Origin: an uncultured Acidobacteriota bacterium
Lineage (GTDB): Bacteria > Acidobacteriota > Vicinamibacteria > Vicinamibacterales > UBA2999
Reading direction: 5' to 3'
DNA: 64,000 nt
Assembly: GCA_963784065.1 (NCBI GenBank)
Contig: CAWAQA010000009.1
Span: 464,201 to 528,200 of the forward strand
The notes under the pieces are model-generated. The model had not been told where the DNA came from. It saw only the letters and a list, made by a program, of their open reading frames with translations, and made no database searches. Shown here piece by piece: positions 59,470 through 64,000 of this stretch (positions are counted from its first letter, which is position 1; each line of letters starts with the position of its first letter). A program made the translations under genes and the position numbers.

Positions 59470-61440
59470 AGCGCGAATTCGTCGAACACCGTGTTCATCG
59501 ACGGGCCAATGCCGAAATCGGTCGTCAGGATCCCTGCGTGAAGCTGCGCGCTCGACACATTCCAGCCCGGGGCCGTGCGCAATGCTGCCCACGGAGACAG
59601 ATGGGCCGAGAGACGGGAATGCCGGTGAGGTTGCTGACCGCGCGATAGAGTGCCTCCAACGTGCCGTTCGCTTTGCGCACGAGCCACAGGTCGATCGCCT
59701 CGGACGAGGCGTCCACCGTCGCCAGGTCGAACGGGACGTCGGGGACCGCCGCGGCAAACGCGCCGCCGGTTTCGACGGCGAATTCGAGACGGGCCCCGGC
59801 GTCGCCCTGACCAAGGACGAATTTTGCATAGTTGTTCGCGTCGAGAGCCAGGAAGACGCCCGCCGACTGGTAGGCGACGGCCGGGGTGAACGGTCCCTTG
59901 ATGCGCACGCGCGCGGAGTAGCCGCCGCTGTTGTCCACTTTCAGCGCAAGAGCGTTGTGCTGATTGGTTGCCGCGCCGTGGATGTCCCCGTCGGTGCTGG
60001 CGACCGTCAGCTGACTGCCGAACGGCGCCAGCGTCAGGCCCGTCCCGTCAGGCACCACGGTCCCCGGCATGAAGCACCCGAACCCCGTCCCCGCGTAGGT
60101 GCCGGACACGGAGCTGCTGAAGTTCAATACTGTGCCGCCGGGGGACTGACCGGGCAGGAGGCGCCTGCTCGGCACCTGCGCGCTGGCCGGTGCGCTCGCC
60201 GGCGAACTGCCAAAGCTGTTGACGGCCGTGACGACGTAGAAGAACAGGACGCCGGGTGTGGCTGTGGTATCCGTATAAGTGGTCGCGGACAACGGGGTCG
60301 TGCCGTTGAGCGGCGTACCGGCGGTGCTCACCGGGCTGTTCGTGCTCCGGAACACGTTGTAACCAGTGGCCCCGCCCGACGCATTCCACGCGAGCGCAAT
60401 CGAGCTGGTACTGGCCACCGCGGTCAACCCCGCTGGCGGCGGCGGGATCCCTCCCCCGCCTTCGGTGACGGCGGGGCCCAGTTCGAACTCGTCGAACACG
60501 GTCGTGAACGACGGTCCGGGACCGAAATCGGTGGTGATCGGGCCGGCATAGAGTTGCGGGCTCGACACCGCCCACGCTGGCGCAGACGCTGTTGCACCGA
60601 CGGCTATGATGGCGCCAAGTGACGGCGTTCCACCGAGGTTGGTGACGGTGCGGTAGAGCGCCTTCACGGTCGCGTTTGATTGACGCACCAGCCACAAATC
60701 GATGGCTTCCGTCCCACTGTCGACGCTCGTGAGAGTAAAGGGTACGTCGGGAGCGGCGCTCGCGAAGGCGCCGGAGGTTTCGATCGCAAACTCGAGTCTC
60801 GGGCCCGCATCGCCCTGTCCGAGGACCAATTTGAGGTAGTTGTTGGCGTCCACCGCCAGCACGATGCCTGCCGACTGGTACACAACGCTCGGCGTGAACG
60901 GGCCCTTGATCCGCACGCGCGCCGAGTACACGCCGCTGTTCGCAGCTTTCAGTGCGAGGGCATTCTGTTGCGTCGCGTCGGCGCCATGGATGTCGCCTTC
61001 GGTGCTGAGAACGGAAGCTGCCCGCCGCCGAGGCTGAGCCCCGCCGTGCCGGGCTCGATTGTGCCGGGCATGAAGCATCCGAACCCGCTGCCGCCGTACA
61101 GTTCCCGTGATGGCTGCGCTGAAAGTCAACAGCGTGGGATTGCTGCTGACAACGCATCCACCCGCTGCAGGAATTGTCGCGCTGGCCGAGGCACTCGGCG
61201 GCGAAGTCCCCCACACTGTTCACGGCCGTCACCACGTAGTAGATACGTCACGCCCGCCGTGACGGTCGTGTCGGTATAGGTCGTCCCCGTCAGCGGCGTC
61301 GTCCCGCTCAGCGGCGTGCCCGACGTGCTCACCGGCGCTCGTGGTCCCGCGGTAGACGCTTGATACCCCGTCGCGCCGGTCGACGCGTTCCACCCCAGCG
61401 CGATCGACGCGGTCCCCGGCGTCGCGCTCAGCCCCGTCGG
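59470..61440. repeat. direct DNA repeat, two FN3+ConA/LamG-like modules of about 1.0 kb
   Basis: 59683 CCACAGGTCGATCGCC... aligns with 60692 CCACAAATCGATGGCT... at roughly 70-75 percent identity. Confidence 0.6.
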
Positions 61441-63120
61441 CGTCGGCGGCGGATTTGACGTGTCATCGCCCGCGCGAGGGCTCTCGGAGGGCCCGGTCCA
61501 GTCGGCACGAGGCTCGCATGTCGGTCGTCAGCAGGAGCCGATCGAGCCGGAAGCCGTCTTCCCGCATCCACACGTTGATGCACGTGCTCGCCGGCGCTCG
61601 GCACCTGCAGGGTCGCGACAGGACCGTCCAGCGTGCTCTTGAACCAGGCCCAGCCGCCATACTGCGTCGTGGACAGCCGGTCGGCCGTGGCCATCGCCTG
61701 CCCATTCAGCCCGACGTGCACCGAGTTGTTGTCGTCGCCGTTCGGGAGCGCGCGCAGCCACACATGGTAGGTCCCCGCCGTTGCGAACTGGACCCGATAA
61801 TGCAGCTCCGGCGACTCTGCCGTCACGTACCCCGTGTTGATCAGCGTGCTGCCGCTCCGTCCGGCTCCGCCACCATCGCGCCGCTGTCCGCAAACCCCGC
61901 CACGCTGGTCGTTGATCGCCCAGCTCTTGCCGCCCCGCCCGATCGTCGCTGATGGTGCTCGGCTTCCATCACCACCGACCCTCCGGCTTCGGCAAACGGC
62001 GCCGCCGGATTCGGCCCGGTGAGCGTCGCGCTCACCGCCGCCGTCGGCGGCGACGCGCCCGCCGCGTTCACCGCCGTCACGACATAGGAGTACGTTGTCC
62101 CGGCCGCCGCCGTCGTGTCGGTATACGACGTGACCGTCAGCGGCGACGTCCCGCTCAGTGGCGCCCCCGTCGTGCTCACCGGCGTCGTCGTCCCGCGATA
62201 GACCTTGTAGCCCGTCGCCCCGCTCGACGCGGTCCACGCCGAGCGCAATCGTCGTGGCGCCCGGTGTCGCCGTCAGCCCCGTCGGCGTCGCCGGCACTCC
62301 CGGCGTCCCGGCGCGCGGGCTCTCCGCCGGGCCGACCCCGCTCGGCGTCAGGCTCGCATTGGTCGTCAGCAGCAGCGCGGTCCAGCCGGAAGCCGTCCTC
62401 CCGCATCCACACATTGATGCACGTGCTCGCCGGCGCTCGGCGACCTGCAGGGTGGCCACCGGGCCATCCAGCGTGCCCTTGAACCACCCCCACGCCCCAT
62501 ACGCCGTCGTGGACAGCCAATCGGCCGTCGCGATCGCCTGCCCGTTCAGCCCGACGTGCACCGAGTTGTTGTCGTCGCTATTCGGCGAACAGCCCGCAGC
62601 CACACGTGATACGTCCCCGCCGTTGCAAACTGCACCCGATACTGCAGCTCCGCACTCTGCGTCGCGTACCCCGTGTTGATGGTGCCACCTGTATCCGGTG
62701 CCGCCAGCATTGCCCCAATGCCGGCGTATCCGGCTCCACTGCTGCTCGCCGCCCAGCCCTTGCCGCCCCGTCCGACCGCCGCCTGGTGGTGTTCCGCCTC
62801 GATCACCACCTGGCCGCCCGACTCCAGGAACGCCGGAGCGCCCCGGCCCCGCTGGTGATCTCGGCACTCGCGCGGGCCGTCGCCGGCAACGCGCCGCGCG
62901 CATTGACCGCCGTCACCACGTACGCGTCATGCATGCCGGGAACAGCGGTCGCGTCCACGAAGCTGGTCGCGGTCAACAGCGTCGCCCCGTTGAGCGGCGT
63001 CCCTGTCGTCGTTCCCGTCGCGCCGGTCCCCGGGTACACGTCGTAGCCGGTCGTCCCCGCCGACGCGTTCCACGCCAGCGAGACGGCCCCCGAGCCGGCC
63101 GTCGCCCCAAAGTCCAGTCG
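61440..63120. repeat. direct DNA repeat, two FN3+CBM-like modules of about 840 bp
   Basis: 61550 GAAGCCGTCTTCCCGCATCCACAC... aligns with 62389 GAAGCCGTCCTCCCGCATCCACAC... at roughly 85 percent identity over several hundred nt. Confidence 0.7.
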
Positions 63121-64000
63121 GCGCGGCCGGTCGTGTACCCGAACTTCCAAGGACAGCATAGGAGAAGCTGTCGTGAGCGGACGTTGGCTGATGACCAGTC
63201 GCCGTCGCTCCGGGCAGGTCAAGCTGCCCGCGATGAGCGCACCGCCCATACCGTGGCGCGCTGTGGGCATGGACGCCAGCGGCGCCCACGAATTGCTGGC
63301 CCGATCGTACGCCTCCGAGCTTCCGATGACGGCACACCCGGGCCCGCCTTCTCCACCGAAGACATGGATCCTGCCGTCGAGGACGCCGGCCGAGTGGCCC
63401 CCTCGAGCGGTCGCCATCGGAGCGGCCGCGCTCCAGGCGTTCGCGACGGGGTCGAACATTTCGACCGTCGGCACCGGCGAGCGAATCGCCCCGCCTCCAG
63501 GCCGCCCGCCAACCGCATAGAACTTGCCGTTGACGGCCGCCCCCGCGAGGTGGTCGCGAGGTGTCGGCATCGAGGGCAATGTCGTCCAGTTGCCGGTGGC
63601 GGGGTCATACACCGCGAAGTCGGACACCGCGTTGCCGCCGCGCAGTCCTCCGGCTGCGTAAATCTTCCCGTTCAGTACCGCTACGCCCATCGCAGCACGC
63701 GGCAATGGCATCGGCGGCAGCTCTGTCCACGCATTGCTGGCGGGATCGTAGCGCTGCATCGCGGCAACCGAAGGTTGCGGCCAGTTCGTGAGCCCTCCGA
63801 AGTTGTCGAGGAACCCGCCGGCAGCGGCGACGCCCATGTGATCCCGCCTGCGCCCGGATAGGGGGCGAGACTCTTCCACGAGGCGCCGGCCGGATCGAAT
63901 GAATAGAGTGTCTGTACTCGGCCAGCGGCAGTATCTCCACCAACGACGTGAATGGTGCTCTGTCGAGCACAGCCACGGCAACTTCCTGCACGGCAGCAGG

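Larger units (their letters stand above)
57056..64000 (-). pseudogene. giant multi-domain secreted/surface protein (5-prime end beyond the window); at least 10 frame changes
   Basis: Domain order from N to C, reconstructed across frames. Kelch beta-propeller (63180-64000: YDPA.N.W..LP.MP..R....AV.NGK.YA.GG). FN3 (TGY.VYRG...YVVTAVN). CBM-like jelly roll (VVIEAEHH...YHVWLRA...DDNNSVHVGLNG...INVWMREDGFRLDR). FN3. A second CBM-like copy. FN3. ConA/LamG-like (GDIHGA..NQ.NALALK...ARVRIKGPFTP...DANNY.K.VLGQGDAG.RLEFA). FN3. A second ConA/LamG-like copy. Sorbosone/glucose-dehydrogenase-type beta-propeller (58140-59400). Thrombospondin-type-3 Ca-binding repeats (DDDGDGFSDADE, DSDGDHVGDATDPNIDGDG). 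A third ConA/LamG-like domain ending at 57056. Confidence 0.7.

Noticed and set aside
57003-63861. Numerous 100-560-aa ORFs on the plus strand and in off-frames of the minus strand (for example 57436-58164, 59582-60622, 62698-63861, 60048-61235).
   Set aside because: They are Arg/Pro/Gly-rich shadow frames of the giant surface-protein gene. The domain motifs are found only in the minus-strand frames listed for that gene.

Overview
High-GC (about two thirds G+C) bacterial chromosomal segment. The gene families present suggest a soil Acidobacteriota-like organism: CarbopepD_reg-type TonB receptors, PEGA proteins, DUF3500, DUF4394 and several sigma-54 activators. This taxonomic guess is inference only. 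I found no rRNA, tRNA, CRISPR array, transposase, integrase or phage genes.

Content from left to right:
- 0.6-9.3 kb: a TonB-dependent receptor, bicupin, DUF3500, VOC protein and a TLC/Npt-type nucleotide transporter.
- 9.6-15 kb: a stand-alone formyltransferase, an ECF sigma / ChrR-like pair, DUF4394, Crp/Fnr and an HTH-PEGA protein.
- 15.1-22.2 kb: a minus-strand carbon-overflow block, glgP-xfp-ackA-LOG.
- 22.4-34.1 kb: a signalling-rich stretch with two histidine kinases, two NarL-type regulators, REC-MEDS, a GAF sigma-54 activator, AraC and STAS.
- 34.3-40.7 kb: htpG, a TauD-family dioxygenase, an MFS transporter and a secreted hypothetical protein.
- 41-45 kb: a sigma-54 activator, a SARP-like regulator and a PEGA/TonB_C envelope pair.
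- 45.9-64 kb: a Wzx/Wzy-type polysaccharide locus flanked by secreted carbohydrate-binding proteins. It ends in a multi-domain surface protein of more than 2300 aa that runs off the window.

The most striking property is at the sequence level. About half of the recognisable genes cannot be read in one frame. The single-base frame changes are strongly clustered, and many sit directly beside Tyr codons. Three loci are internal-deletion remnants.

The non-coding space holds a 7-nt tandem/inverted repeat family, GGCCGGC-type REP-like hairpins, and a conserved intergenic element of about 115 nt present twice.
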